Positions 54,967 to 64,000 of a stretch of DNA of 64,000 nt are shown here, piece by piece. Source of the stretch: Deltaproteobacteria bacterium (GTDB lineage Bacteria > Desulfobacterota > Binatia > UBA9968); NCBI GenBank assembly GCA_016193465.1, contig JACPSE010000186.1:6593-70592 (forward strand). Reading direction: 5' to 3'. The notes under the pieces were generated by a model that worked only from the letters and a program-made list of their open reading frames with translations, was not told the origin of the DNA and searched no databases. A program made the position numbers and the translations under genes. The first letter of the stretch is position 1; the number at the start of each line of letters is the position of its first letter.

Positions 54967-56448
54967 ATGAAAAAGCTATTGCTGATCGGTCTTGCGCTAG
55001 GTGCGCTCGTCATCGTAGCGGTCCTGGTCGTCCCGCCATTTATCGATTTGGGCGCTTATAAGGCGCGGTTCCTCCCTCTTGTAGAAGAAAGCCTTCAGCG
55101 CAAGGTGGATGTCGGAGAGGTCCGTTTCCGTATCCTTCCCGCGCCTGCCATTCGGATAACCGCCTTAAACGTTTCCGATAATCCCGCGTTCTCCAAAGAT
55201 CCCTTCTTTACCGCTCAGCAGATTAAGCTCCAGCTAAAGTTCTGGCCTCTTCTCAGGGGAGAATTCCGGGTGGACGAGTTCATTCTTGAGAAGCCCGCGA
55301 TCAGCCTGCGCAAGCAGCCAGACGGGACCTTCAATTTTGCTGACTTGGCTAAAAAAAAGGATGCGGTCAAAAAGAAGGAGGTTTCGCCCAAGAAGCAAGG
55401 GCCTGCCAAATTTTCCGAGCTGATCCCTGCTCGGCTTCGCATCCAGGGAGGAGAAGTCACTCTCCAAACCAAGGGGCAGAAGGCGCTCGCGATTGGCGGT
55501 GTCGATGTCTTGCTGGAAGATTTCTCCGCGGAGCGGCCTTTTCTGTATCGGATTTCATTGAACCCACCCGGCCTCAAGACCATCACCCTGGGAGGGCGCC
55601 TGAGTTACGAAGAATCCCAGACAACCCTGAAGCTGATGGAGAGCCACCTTAAAGCCCAAGATCTGGACTTTGCGGTGAATGGCGCCGTCACTGAGTTGAG
55701 CGGCGTCCCAAAGGTGAATTTGACCCTTGCCAACGAGGGATTTGAGACCAAGCCGATCTTTCAGCTTTTTTCCGCCGCGGGTTTTACGCCGAAGGAGCTG
55801 GAGGTGTCCGGCCAGATGGGATTACAGGTCGCCTTGATAGGCCCCTCCCATAGCCTGGCGGCCGCGGTGGCCGCTCATTTGAAGGAGCTCAAAGTCAACG
55901 ATAGGCGCGCCTTCGACGGGACGCTGGTTGGAGAAATCCTGTTGTCCTTGCCCTTGGGTGGTGAAGCGCCGATAACTCACACCCTCAGCGGAAACGGAAA
56001 GCTCGTTGCCAAGGATGGAAAACTGACCAGCGTGGACCTTATCTCCAAGATCCAACTGCTGACAGGCCTTATCGGGTTGCCTAAGGAACAGACGAGCGGC
56101 GCAACGACTTTTAAAACGCTAGAGGCCCAGTTCGGATTGGGAGGCGGCATAGCCGAGATCCAGCGGCTATTCCTGTCAAACCCGCTCATGGAGGCCTTGG
56201 GCGGCGGCAAGATAGGCCTGGCGTCGCTCTCGTCGGACGTGGGACTCGAAGTGGCCTTAGCGCCGGAGGTTTCCGGCCGGGCTGGCAGCGGCAGAGCCGC
56301 CACCTTCTTCAAGGACAGCCAGGGTCGGATCGTGGTGCCTCTCAAAATTACCGGGCCGGTGGGTAATCCGTCCGTCTCCCTCGATGCCAGTAAGGTGGTG
56401 AAAAAAGGCATCGGCCAGTTGTTCGAGCGCTTCTTCAAGGCCAGGTAA
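54967..56448 (+). CDS. AsmA-family outer-membrane assembly protein
   Basis: N-terminal TM anchor and an AsmA-like repeat architecture; 493 aa. Confidence 0.7.
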   Translation: MKKLLLIGLALGALVIVAVLVVPPFIDLGAYKARFLPLVEESLQRKVDVGEVRFRILPAPAIRITALNVSDNPAFSKDPFFTAQQIKLQLKFWPLLRGEFRVDEFILEKPAISLRKQPDGTFNFADLAKKKDAVKKKEVSPKKQGPAKFSELIPARLRIQGGEVTLQTKGQKALAIGGVDVLLEDFSAERPFLYRISLNPPGLKTITLGGRLSYEESQTTLKLMESHLKAQDLDFAVNGAVTELSGVPKVNLTLANEGFETKPIFQLFSAAGFTPKELEVSGQMGLQVALIGPSHSLAAAVAAHLKELKVNDRRAFDGTLVGEILLSLPLGGEAPITHTLSGNGKLVAKDGKLTSVDLISKIQLLTGLIGLPKEQTSGATTFKTLEAQFGLGGGIAEIQRLFLSNPLMEALGGGKIGLASLSSDVGLEVALAPEVSGRAGSGRAATFFKDSQGRIVVPLKITGPVGNPSVSLDASKVVKKGIGQLFERFFKAR

Positions 56449-56495
56449 GAAAGTCAAGCTGCGAAACCGCGGGAGACAAACCGGGAGAGAGTCTC

Positions 56496-57842
56496 TTATT
56501 CTAAGCCAGCCGGAGATTGGCTCTGGCCAAGGACGAGAGTCTTCAGGCTTTTCCCCTTGAGAGCGGCAAAAACCGCGTCGTCGATCTCTCGGATCACCCC
56601 GGCGGCTGTACCGTGTCGCTCTCTGGCCACGGCGAGGTCGCCGTAGCTTCTGATCGCGTCCAGAATCTGCTTGATGCCGATCTGATCGAGATCACGCGAC
56701 GGAACGTATCCCTGCCCGTCGGACGTCTGGATGAGCAATGCCTGCCGGTTCAGGATCAACAGCATCTCTTTGACCTGCCGATCGGAAACATTCAACTGTT
56801 CTCCTAGCTCCTTGACGCTCCACGGCCTCTTCCCCAAATGAAAGCTCATTCCTATCAGGGTCATAATCTCCAGGACTAGCCTTTCCCGTCCCGCGGGACT
56901 GATCACGCGCGGTTTGCTTTCCACCTGACGGACGGGCGCGCTCTGGTGGACAAATGCCACCTCCGCCCCAAACAACAAAATCAACCACCCCACGTAGAGC
57001 CAGAGGAGGAACAGCAGCAGAATAGCGAAGCTCGAGTAGACCGCATAGTACCTGGCGGAAGAGGCCACAAATGCGGCAAACCCCCAGCCCACAGTTTCCC
57101 AAAGCACGGCTGCCACCAGGCCGCCCACCAGGGCGGATCTCAGGCTGACCTTGGTGTTGGGTATGAAAATGTACAGAAAGGCAAATGCCCCCCAGATAGT
57201 CACATAGGGGACAACCCTGAGCAGGGCGATGACCATCGTGCCGAAGGGCTCGAGAGAGATGAGCTGCCGAACGAGATAGTGGCTCTGCATCGAGGCCGTA
57301 ATCCCCAGCGCCGAAAAAGCCAGGACCGGGCCGACCAAGAGAACACTGAGGTAATCGCTGAATCTGCGCGAGAGCCTGCGCGGCGTCTTGACTTGCCAAA
57401 TCTGATTGAAGGCGCGCTCGATGTCTCCCATCAGCGACAACACCGTGATAAACAGAGCGACCAGACCCAGGGCGCCCAGGGTTCTGATATTGATGTTGTT
57501 AACAAACTGGATCAGTCGGTTGGTGATCTCCTCGCCCAGCGGGCCAAGGGGATCAAAGACTTCTGCCAGGGTTGGCCTGAGCCGATTGTGTACGCCGAAC
57601 GCCTTCAGCACCGAAAAGGTCACGGCCAGAAACGGCGCAATGGAGAGAAGGGTCTTGAAGGCCAAGGCCATGGCGTGAAGTCTGGATGAATTTCCAATAA
57701 ACATCCTGCCGGCGACATAGCCAAGCCTAAGCTGCCGATGCAGGAATCCCCGAAACCGGCTGCCCTGGAAAGGCGCAACCTCCCAGATCTCCTCGACCGC
57801 CTCGTTCTTGAGTTGATCCTGGTACTGTCCGCTTGCTTGCAT
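56496..57842 (-). CDS. YihY/BrkB-family inner-membrane protein with a C-terminal cytoplasmic extension
   Basis: Six-TM YihY core (RLSRRFSDYLSVLLVGP...) plus a ~120-aa C-terminal domain. Confidence 0.8.
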   Translation of the reverse strand: MQASGQYQDQLKNEAVEEIWEVAPFQGSRFRGFLHRQLRLGYVAGRMFIGNSSRLHAMALAFKTLLSIAPFLAVTFSVLKAFGVHNRLRPTLAEVFDPLGPLGEEITNRLIQFVNNINIRTLGALGLVALFITVLSLMGDIERAFNQIWQVKTPRRLSRRFSDYLSVLLVGPVLAFSALGITASMQSHYLVRQLISLEPFGTMVIALLRVVPYVTIWGAFAFLYIFIPNTKVSLRSALVGGLVAAVLWETVGWGFAAFVASSARYYAVYSSFAILLLFLLWLYVGWLILLFGAEVAFVHQSAPVRQVESKPRVISPAGRERLVLEIMTLIGMSFHLGKRPWSVKELGEQLNVSDRQVKEMLLILNRQALLIQTSDGQGYVPSRDLDQIGIKQILDAIRSYGDLAVARERHGTAAGVIREIDDAVFAALKGKSLKTLVLGQSQSPAGLE

Positions 57843-57917
57843 ATATTTTGCAGTCTACCAGCTTGGGCTTGCTTGCACAAAAGGGGGGGAAAGTAATAGT
57901 CTCCTGAGTCTGCCAAG

Positions 57918-59210
57918 ATGCATCCCCGAAGGACACTGGGTATTCCCGGCCTTGTCGCCCTGGCTTTTTTTTGCGTGGCCGGAGGCGCTTACGGTCTGGA
58001 GGACGCCGTTGGGAGCGGGGGCCCGATGCTCGCCCTGCTGGCAATTCTTATTGTGCCCTGGCTCTGGAGTTTTCCCACGGCGCTGATGACGGCGGAGCTG
58101 TCAGCCGCCATGCCGGAAGACGGTGGTTACGTCGTCTGGGTAGAACGGGCCTTTGGCAGGCTCTGGGGGTTTCAGGAAGGCTGGCTCAGTTGGCTTTCCG
58201 CTTTTGCGGACAACGCCCTCTATCCCGTTATGTTTGTGGACTATCTCGCCTATCTCCGCGGAGATATGGCGCCGATGGAGCGCTGGCTTATCGGATTCGT
58301 CTTAATCAGCGTTACCACCTGGCTGAATATTCATGGCACACGGCTCGTCGGTATCAGCTCCGTGATCTTCACTTTCCTCGTCCTCGCGCCCTTCGCCGCC
58401 ATGGTCATCATAGGCGGCCCGCACATAGAACCGGCATCCTGGTTAACCACAACCGCCAACGTTGATTGGGCGCTGCTCTTGAGCACTATTCTCTGGAACA
58501 CCAACGGCTGGGACAATGCAGGATGCTGCGCAGGCGAGGTCGAGAATCCAAGCCGAACTTACCCGCGTGCGATGGCTGCGGCGGTGCTTTTGGTTATGGT
58601 TGCCTACCTATTGCCTGTTGCCGTCGGGGTCGGGGTGGACAGCAACTGGGGTGATTGGACGGAGGGCTACTTCCCCAAGGTAGCCGCCAAAATCGGCGGA
58701 GAATGGCTAGGGACATGGCTCACGGTTGCAGGATTAGTGAGTGCCGTGGGGTTATTCAACGCGCTGCTGTGCACTTCCTCGCGAGTTCCCTACGCAATGG
58801 CAGTGCGGCACACCCTGCCGGTACCTCTTGCAAGGCTTCATCCGCGCTACGGGACACCCTGGGTTGCTATTCTCGTGAACAGCGCCGGCGTCGCTGCGCT
58901 CATCCCTTTCTCTTTTCAAGAACTCGTGCAACTAGACATGTTTCTTTACGCGCTGTCTCTTGTCCTTGAGTTCGGCGCGCTGGTGTGGCTGCGCCTTAAG
59001 GAGCCGGAGATGACGCGCCCCTATCGCATTCCATTCGGCACAGCGGGCGTCATCGCCATGAGTCTCCCGCCGGTGACGCTCTGCGTCATCAGCATGGCAG
59101 CGGCTAATAATCCCACAAAGGCAGTCAGCATCGCTGGGATCTGCTTGGGCCTGATCGCCTATCGCCTCCGGCCAAGGCAAGAACGGAACGCCGTGCCTGT
59201 CTTAAAATAG
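57918..59210 (+). CDS. APC-superfamily amino acid permease
   Basis: 12-TM amino-acid/polyamine/organocation transporter signature (FCVAGGAYGLEDAV...). Confidence 0.8.
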   Translation: MHPRRTLGIPGLVALAFFCVAGGAYGLEDAVGSGGPMLALLAILIVPWLWSFPTALMTAELSAAMPEDGGYVVWVERAFGRLWGFQEGWLSWLSAFADNALYPVMFVDYLAYLRGDMAPMERWLIGFVLISVTTWLNIHGTRLVGISSVIFTFLVLAPFAAMVIIGGPHIEPASWLTTTANVDWALLLSTILWNTNGWDNAGCCAGEVENPSRTYPRAMAAAVLLVMVAYLLPVAVGVGVDSNWGDWTEGYFPKVAAKIGGEWLGTWLTVAGLVSAVGLFNALLCTSSRVPYAMAVRHTLPVPLARLHPRYGTPWVAILVNSAGVAALIPFSFQELVQLDMFLYALSLVLEFGALVWLRLKEPEMTRPYRIPFGTAGVIAMSLPPVTLCVISMAAANNPTKAVSIAGICLGLIAYRLRPRQERNAVPVLK

Positions 59211-59304
59211 TTACTTGACACTCAACTCCCTCATTCGATAGTCTCCGCGAAAAAGCAATCAGTCATCAGGTGAACGCTGAGCGCTGAAGGCTGAGTGCTC
59301 GTTT

Positions 59305-60864
59305 ATGGCGAAAAGAATGCAGCGAGAGAAATGGGCGTCCAAGATCGGGCTTATCTTGGCCCTGGCCGGAAACGCCATCGGCCTGGGGAATTTTCTCCGC
59401 TTCCCGGTCCAGGCCGCCGAAAACGGCGGCGGCGCCTTCATGATCCCCTATTTCGTGGCGCTGATCGTCATCGGGATTCCCCTCATGTGGGCCGAGTGCG
59501 CTATCGGTCGAATGGGCGGGCGCCACGGTCATGGCCACACCGCCGGGATGTTCGAGGTCATGTGGCGGCACCCGCTTTCCAAGTATCTCGGCATGCTTGG
59601 CGTTGTCATCCCTTTCGCGGTGGCGCTCTATTATATTTACATCACCGCGTGGACTCTAGCCTACAGTTATTTCTCACTCACGGGTAACTACTTCGGCATC
59701 ACGACCCGTGAGGCCATGGGGGCTTACCTGAGAGGTTTTCAGGGCGTCGAGCCGAACCAGTTCTTCTCCAGCATCGGCCCGGCATATCTTTCTTTTCTTA
59801 TCACTCTGGGACTGAGCTTCTACATTGTTTATCGCGGAATCCCCGGCGGTATCGAAAGACTGGGCAAGATTGCCATGCCCCTTCTTTTTCTGATCGGAGT
59901 TGCGCTTGCCGTCCGGGTCCTCACTCTGGGCACTCCCGATCCGAACTACCCGGAGAACAACGTGTTGAACGGCCTCGGGTTTGTGTGGAACCCCCAGCCA
60001 GAGCGGCTGACGGACGCCACCATCTGGCTGGCCGCAGCCGGACAGATTTTTTTCACCTTAAGCGTCGCCACAGGGGCCATCCCGACCTATGCCAGCTACA
60101 TGCGCGAAGAGGACGACGTGGCCCTCACCGGGCTCTCCACCGCCAGTCTCAACGAACTCGCAGAGGTGGTTTTAGGAGGAACCATCGCCATTACCGCCGC
60201 GGTCGCCTTTTTTGGTCTCGCCGAAACCGAGGAGATCGCCAGGAAAGGGGCCTTCAACCTCGGCTTCCAGGCTCTGCCGATGATCTTTCAGCGCATTCCT
60301 TTGGGCCAGCTGTTCGGCGGCCTGTGGTTCTTGCTGCTCTTTTTCGCCGGCATCAGCTCTGTGGTCGCCCTCACACAACCGGCGATGGCGCTCTTTCAGG
60401 ACGGATTTGGCTGGAGCAGGGGAAAGACAACCGCCGTGGTTCTTGCCGCCCTCTTCCTCCTATGCCAGCCTGTTATCTTTTTCCTTAAGCACGGTTTTCT
60501 CGATGAACTTGACTTCTGGGTGGGGACCTTTGGTCTGTCATTGTTCGCCCTGATCGAGACGATCCAATTCGCCTGGGTTTTTGGCATGGAGAGAGGTTGG
60601 GAGGAGATCACAAAGGGCGCGGCTATTACCGTGCCCCGCATATTTTATTACGTTATCAAATATATAACTCCTCTTTTCCTCCTCTTTATCCTTGCTGCCT
60701 GGGCTATTCAGGACGTTCCAGAAAAGCTTCTTATGGCAGGGGTCAGGCCGGAGGATGTGCCATATGTATGGGGCGCGCGGGTTCTTATGATCGCGATTCT
60801 TCTTGGATTCGGGGTACTGGTAAAAATCGCTTCAAGCAAAAAGGAGAAGGGAATCAGGCCGTGA
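59305..60864 (+). CDS. sodium-dependent transporter, NSS (SNF) family
   Basis: GNAIGLGNFLRFP...NGGGAFMIPY... the canonical NSS N-terminus; 519 aa. Confidence 0.85.
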   Translation: MAKRMQREKWASKIGLILALAGNAIGLGNFLRFPVQAAENGGGAFMIPYFVALIVIGIPLMWAECAIGRMGGRHGHGHTAGMFEVMWRHPLSKYLGMLGVVIPFAVALYYIYITAWTLAYSYFSLTGNYFGITTREAMGAYLRGFQGVEPNQFFSSIGPAYLSFLITLGLSFYIVYRGIPGGIERLGKIAMPLLFLIGVALAVRVLTLGTPDPNYPENNVLNGLGFVWNPQPERLTDATIWLAAAGQIFFTLSVATGAIPTYASYMREEDDVALTGLSTASLNELAEVVLGGTIAITAAVAFFGLAETEEIARKGAFNLGFQALPMIFQRIPLGQLFGGLWFLLLFFAGISSVVALTQPAMALFQDGFGWSRGKTTAVVLAALFLLCQPVIFFLKHGFLDELDFWVGTFGLSLFALIETIQFAWVFGMERGWEEITKGAAITVPRIFYYVIKYITPLFLLFILAAWAIQDVPEKLLMAGVRPEDVPYVWGARVLMIAILLGFGVLVKIASSKKEKGIRP

Positions 60865-60965
60865 CCACCGGAGGCTGGATCTTATTTGTCCTTTCCTGGA
60901 GCGGCATCATCGTCGCCGCCGCTTATTGCATGACCAAAGTGCTCAAGAGCAAGGGAAAACCGTGA
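60861..60965 (+). CDS. small hydrophobic protein (34 aa) overlapping the NSS stop codon; candidate NSS small subunit
   Basis: GTG at 60861 overlaps TGA at 60862-60864 (GTGA). It encodes VTTGGWILFVLSWSGIIVAAAYCMTKVLKSKGKP, a single TM segment. This resembles the MetS-type small partners of NSS transporters. Confidence 0.4.
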   Translation: MTTGGWILFVLSWSGIIVAAAYCMTKVLKSKGKP

Positions 60966-60986
60966 CGCCAAAGTCGGCACCGTGAC

Positions 60987-61062
60987 CTTACTCTCCTCTG
61001 CGGACAGCGATTCCGTCACCGGACAGACGATCAACGTCGACGGCGGACAGCACATGTACTAA
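60987..61062 (+). pseudogene. short-chain dehydrogenase (SDR) C-terminal remnant
   Basis: The frame reads ...AKVGTVTLLSSADSDSVTGQTINVDGGQHMY*, the stereotyped SDR C-terminus (..ITGQ.I.VDGG..). No upstream SDR body is present. Confidence 0.3.
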
Positions 61063-61063
61063 C

Positions 61064-62164
61064 CTACGGTCCCAGAAGCTCCTTGATGCGCTGGATAACC
61101 TCGGGTGGCTGCTCGATTACCTCCTTCGCCAATGACTCCAGCTCCTTTGCACTGATGTGCTCTAATTGCCAATTTCTCTTTTTTGCCTCTTCTAAAAGAT
61201 CAGGCTCTTTAAGTGCTTTGGCGTATGCCTCGCGCAGGATCTTGACTTGATCCGCTGGGATCCCCGGAGAAGCTGCCGTAGGAAAATTTCCGAGGCTGTC
61301 GTTGCGCAGTATCACCAACGCGACGCGTCGATTTTTTTCCGCTACGCGATACCGGTCCAACAATTCATAGATGGTAGGGACCTCCGGCAGTCTGGGATTA
61401 CGCTTTTGCGCCGTTTGAACGAGGACCCGGATGAACCCCTTCTTCTGCCAGGTGTGAAAAGGCTCGCGAGCGAGGAAGGCAGCCGTGCTGACGGCCCGGC
61501 ACTGGACTTCTCCCTTTTCGATGGCAAGGTCTTGCTCGTTTCCTCCTTTATAGCCGCTGACGATTCTAAACTTCAGTCCGAGCCCTTCTTCCAAGACCTT
61601 GAGGTTTATGTGACTTTCTGCCCCAGGAGCGGTGGTGGAACATTTCGGCGGCTCGCTAGCCGCGCGGATGTCCTCAATCGACTTATAAGGAGCGTCAGCG
61701 CGCATAATCAGTAAAGCGCTGCGCTGCCAGGTGGAGCCTATCCAGGTAAATTTCGCCCAATCAAACTGAGCCTCTTTACGCCCAATGAGCTGGTGAAAGG
61801 AGAGACCCGGAGACACGGAGCCAAGGGTCAACCCATCCGGTCTGGCCACGCTGTATAGGTAGTTTGCGGCAATCATAGTGCCCGCACCGGGCATGTTTTG
61901 TACGATGATGTTTGGGTTTCCTGGAATATGCTTTACCGTGTTGCGGGCAAGAGCGCGCGCCCAAAGATCGGTAGAATCTCCCGCGGGCAAACCCACTATG
62001 TACGTGATCGTTTTTCCCTGATAGAAATCGGTCTGGGCCGACGCAGGATCAAGAGTCAAGGAGACGAAGGGGCAAAGGAACAGGAAAAGAAACCCTTTAA
62101 TCCTTAGACCTGTAAAGCTCTTCGACCTTTTTCCCTCGATGTTTTCAGACATAACAATCTCCAT
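61064..62164 (-). CDS. tctC: tripartite tricarboxylate transporter substrate-binding protein (TctC/Bug family); orphan, no tctAB nearby
   Basis: Signal peptide plus a Bug/TctC fold (DFYQGKTITYIVGLPAGDSTD...). Confidence 0.8.
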   Translation of the reverse strand: MEIVMSENIEGKRSKSFTGLRIKGFLFLFLCPFVSLTLDPASAQTDFYQGKTITYIVGLPAGDSTDLWARALARNTVKHIPGNPNIIVQNMPGAGTMIAANYLYSVARPDGLTLGSVSPGLSFHQLIGRKEAQFDWAKFTWIGSTWQRSALLIMRADAPYKSIEDIRAASEPPKCSTTAPGAESHINLKVLEEGLGLKFRIVSGYKGGNEQDLAIEKGEVQCRAVSTAAFLAREPFHTWQKKGFIRVLVQTAQKRNPRLPEVPTIYELLDRYRVAEKNRRVALVILRNDSLGNFPTAASPGIPADQVKILREAYAKALKEPDLLEEAKKRNWQLEHISAKELESLAKEVIEQPPEVIQRIKELLGP

Positions 62165-62327
62165 TATAGCTATAGCCTAAAGCTTTTCGCGAGTAGGGCC
62201 GGACATTTGCTCCACCTTTTGCACGCCTGGCCTCCTATGTTAATGTGTGCCAGCGAGCACGGATAGGTGACTGACGATAGTCTAAAGAGACTCAACGGTC
62301 AATAAGATAATAAGGGAGGAACGCGCC

Positions 62328-63095
62328 ATGAAGATCATGAATCTGGGCAAGAAACCGAGGAAGGCGACCGACTACGACATCGCGGAAGTGGAAAAGCTCC
62401 TGAACCGTTACGCGTCGCCAGGCACGCGCGTGGAGGTCGTTTTTCCCGACGACTTCGAGGGGTCCCAGGTCGAGCAGGCCCTCGGCCGGCAGAAAATGCT
62501 GAATGGCCTCGATCACATCCTGGAGGCTCCCGCCATCATCAGGAAGATCGTGTGGGCCGCGGAGAACGGCTACGATGCGGTCATCCAGAGCAACACGTTC
62601 GATCCAGGCATCGACGGCGGGCGGCTGGCCGTTCCCATCCCCGTCATCGGCCCTTTCCGGACGACTATCCACATGGCCGCCAATCTAGCAGATCGGATCG
62701 GCGTCGTGGTTCCGCTCCCGTCCCACGTTCCCTACACGTGGCGCCTTCTACGCACCATGGGCATGGACGGGTTCGTCACGGGCATCCGGAGCCTCGGCAT
62801 CTACGGCTCAGACCTCAACGAACGGAAGCAGGAAATCACCCAGAAAACGGCCGACCTGATTCGCGGCCTCGTCGACGAAACCGGCGCGCAGTGCGTGATA
62901 CCGCTGGGCGGCGCGCTCATCCCCTACGTGGTTGATCCCGCGGATCTTCAGGCGATGACCGGCGTGCCAGTCTACAACACCAAGGCCATCTCGATCCGGG
63001 TTGCTGAGATGTGCGTGGCCTTGGGGATGACCCACAGCCCCCTCACCTACCCGCGCGCCAAGCTGACGTATCAGGATTTCGTCGGCACGGTGTGA
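62328..63095 (+). CDS. Asp/Glu/hydantoin racemase-family protein
   Basis: Two-lobed Asp/Glu racemase-like fold (COG4126-like); 255 aa. Confidence 0.65.
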   Translation: MKIMNLGKKPRKATDYDIAEVEKLLNRYASPGTRVEVVFPDDFEGSQVEQALGRQKMLNGLDHILEAPAIIRKIVWAAENGYDAVIQSNTFDPGIDGGRLAVPIPVIGPFRTTIHMAANLADRIGVVVPLPSHVPYTWRLLRTMGMDGFVTGIRSLGIYGSDLNERKQEITQKTADLIRGLVDETGAQCVIPLGGALIPYVVDPADLQAMTGVPVYNTKAISIRVAEMCVALGMTHSPLTYPRAKLTYQDFVGTV

Positions 63096-63345
63096 CGACC
63101 GGCGAGTTGTTGAGCCTCATCTCAACGCGTCCCCGAGGGCCTAACGGCGAAATGAAGAAGAATTTTAGCCTCCAACCGAATTCCTCTAGCTCAGGATCTG
63201 GTTCTACAACGACCTTGTCTATCAGCTCCCGCACCCTGGGATCTCGCAGCTTCTCCTCTGTGAACTGATCGGGTCCTACTGCCCGCTCCAGAATAGCAAC
63301 CGCCGTACAGTAATAAGAACTGTGGTCCGCCGTAATGGTAGAATC
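63043..63345 (-). pseudogene. MmgE/PrpD-family C-terminal remnant
   Basis: The minus frame reads ...TITADHSSYYCTAVAILERAVGPDQFTEEKLRDPRVRELIDKVVVEPDPELEE..., the conserved C-terminal block of 2-methylcitrate dehydratase-family proteins. The frame is closed upstream by a stop right after the ComA-like gene. Confidence 0.35.
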
Positions 63346-63420
63346 TAATGTTGGAAGCTACGAAATGATATTACTTCTACGTTTCCCGATGGAGTGCCCC
63401 CTGTGATGTCACCAACCACG

Positions 63421-64000
63421 TCAGTGCGGGGAGGACCGTTTTCCCAGTGCGCAGATCGCGCTAAAATTGTGGCGTAGTTTTTCTATCCCCATGACATGAC
63501 CTGGGCTTACATTGCCAAGATTCACGTTTGGACCAAAATGGTCAATAAACAGAACCAGATAACGCGAAAGCTCCTCCCATGTGCCCACCGCCGGCACCTC
63601 AAGCATGATATTATCCTTTCCAACTGTACCGACCACTTCCGACAGCCTTTCAAGTCCTCTATTTTCTTTTAGCAACGATACAGTCTCGGTGAACTCATAT
63701 ATAACCTTAAACGCCCCTGCATTTAGGAGGGTTTGCATCTCCCGGATCACGTCATCCGGAGACATGTGGTTTTTCGGCCCCCCTTCCCAACCAATATGCT
63801 TCTGCCCTACTTCGGCAAATACCGTAAGTCCCCGGTCTTTCCCCTTCTGTATGACCTCCAACATTTGTGGCATAGTCAGCACAACACTCGACGCTTCGAC
63901 CACGCTGATTCCCAACTGCACGAGTTCATCCAAGCACACGTCTATGCAATCTTGCTTAGCAGCTTTTCCGGCGACACCTCCCGGAGCATACGGCTCAATC
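63421..64000 (-). CDS. (2R)-phospho-3-sulfolactate synthase (ComA) family protein, second paralog; partial, N-terminus beyond window end
   Basis: ...CLDELVQLGISVVEASSVVLTMPQMLEVIQKGKDRGLTVFAEVGQK...AGAFKVIYEF... aligns with the ComA core. The ORF stays open to position 64000. Confidence 0.6.
   Translation of the reverse strand, partial: IEPYAPGGVAGKAAKQDCIDVCLDELVQLGISVVEASSVVLTMPQMLEVIQKGKDRGLTVFAEVGQKHIGWEGGPKNHMSPDDVIREMQTLLNAGAFKVIYEFTETVSLLKENRGLERLSEVVGTVGKDNIMLEVPAVGTWEELSRYLVLFIDHFGPNVNLGNVSPGHVMGIEKLRHNFSAICALGKRSSPH

Overview
64 kb chromosomal window (~58-60% GC) from a Gram-negative-type bacterium; the phylum cannot be called from sequence alone. Genes are densely packed and mostly recognisable. 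Left third: panB, a deoxynucleoside kinase, nagZ, a tandem isochorismatase, a ComA-like gene with an Fe3+/thiamine-type ABC transporter, an IS200-like Y1 transposase element bounded by 18-bp inverted repeats, plant-type gshA, mtnA, acpS, a LivK-type binding protein and ddl. Middle: a complete division/cell-wall (dcw) cluster on the minus strand, in the order mraZ-STAS-rsmH-ftsL-ftsI-murE-murF-mraY-murD-ftsW-murG-murC-murB-ftsQ-ftsA-ftsZ. It is followed by rnh, RNase P RNA (rnpB, recognised directly from the sequence), a COG1579 zinc-ribbon gene, an M48 peptidase, an FAD oxidase and a TPR protein. Right third: a ~7 kb accessory island at ~43.6-50.5 kb. The island holds an IS1380-family IS nested beside an IS256 fragment, an AT-rich segment encoding a plant-type glycerate-kinase-like P-loop kinase, a DUF4926/DUF2442(decayed)/DUF4160 block flanked by 55-bp direct repeats, an uncharacterised two-gene operon, and a RelE/ParE-like toxin with its antidote flanked by ~48-bp direct repeats. 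After the island come arfB, livHMGF, an asmA-family gene, yihY, an APC permease, an NSS transporter with an overlapping mini-ORF, tctC, a racemase and a second ComA-like gene. No CRISPR array and no tRNA genes were found. Non-genic signals worth follow-up: an MraZ operator, GTTCAA arrays with 9-10-bp phasing in several intergenic regions, a CGAGCACGAA leader motif in the dcw cluster, an AT-rich tandem repeat inserted in frame inside murE, a REP-like dispersed repeat, a textbook intrinsic terminator in a 5' leader, and several gene remnants (vapC, SBP, SDR, PrpD).
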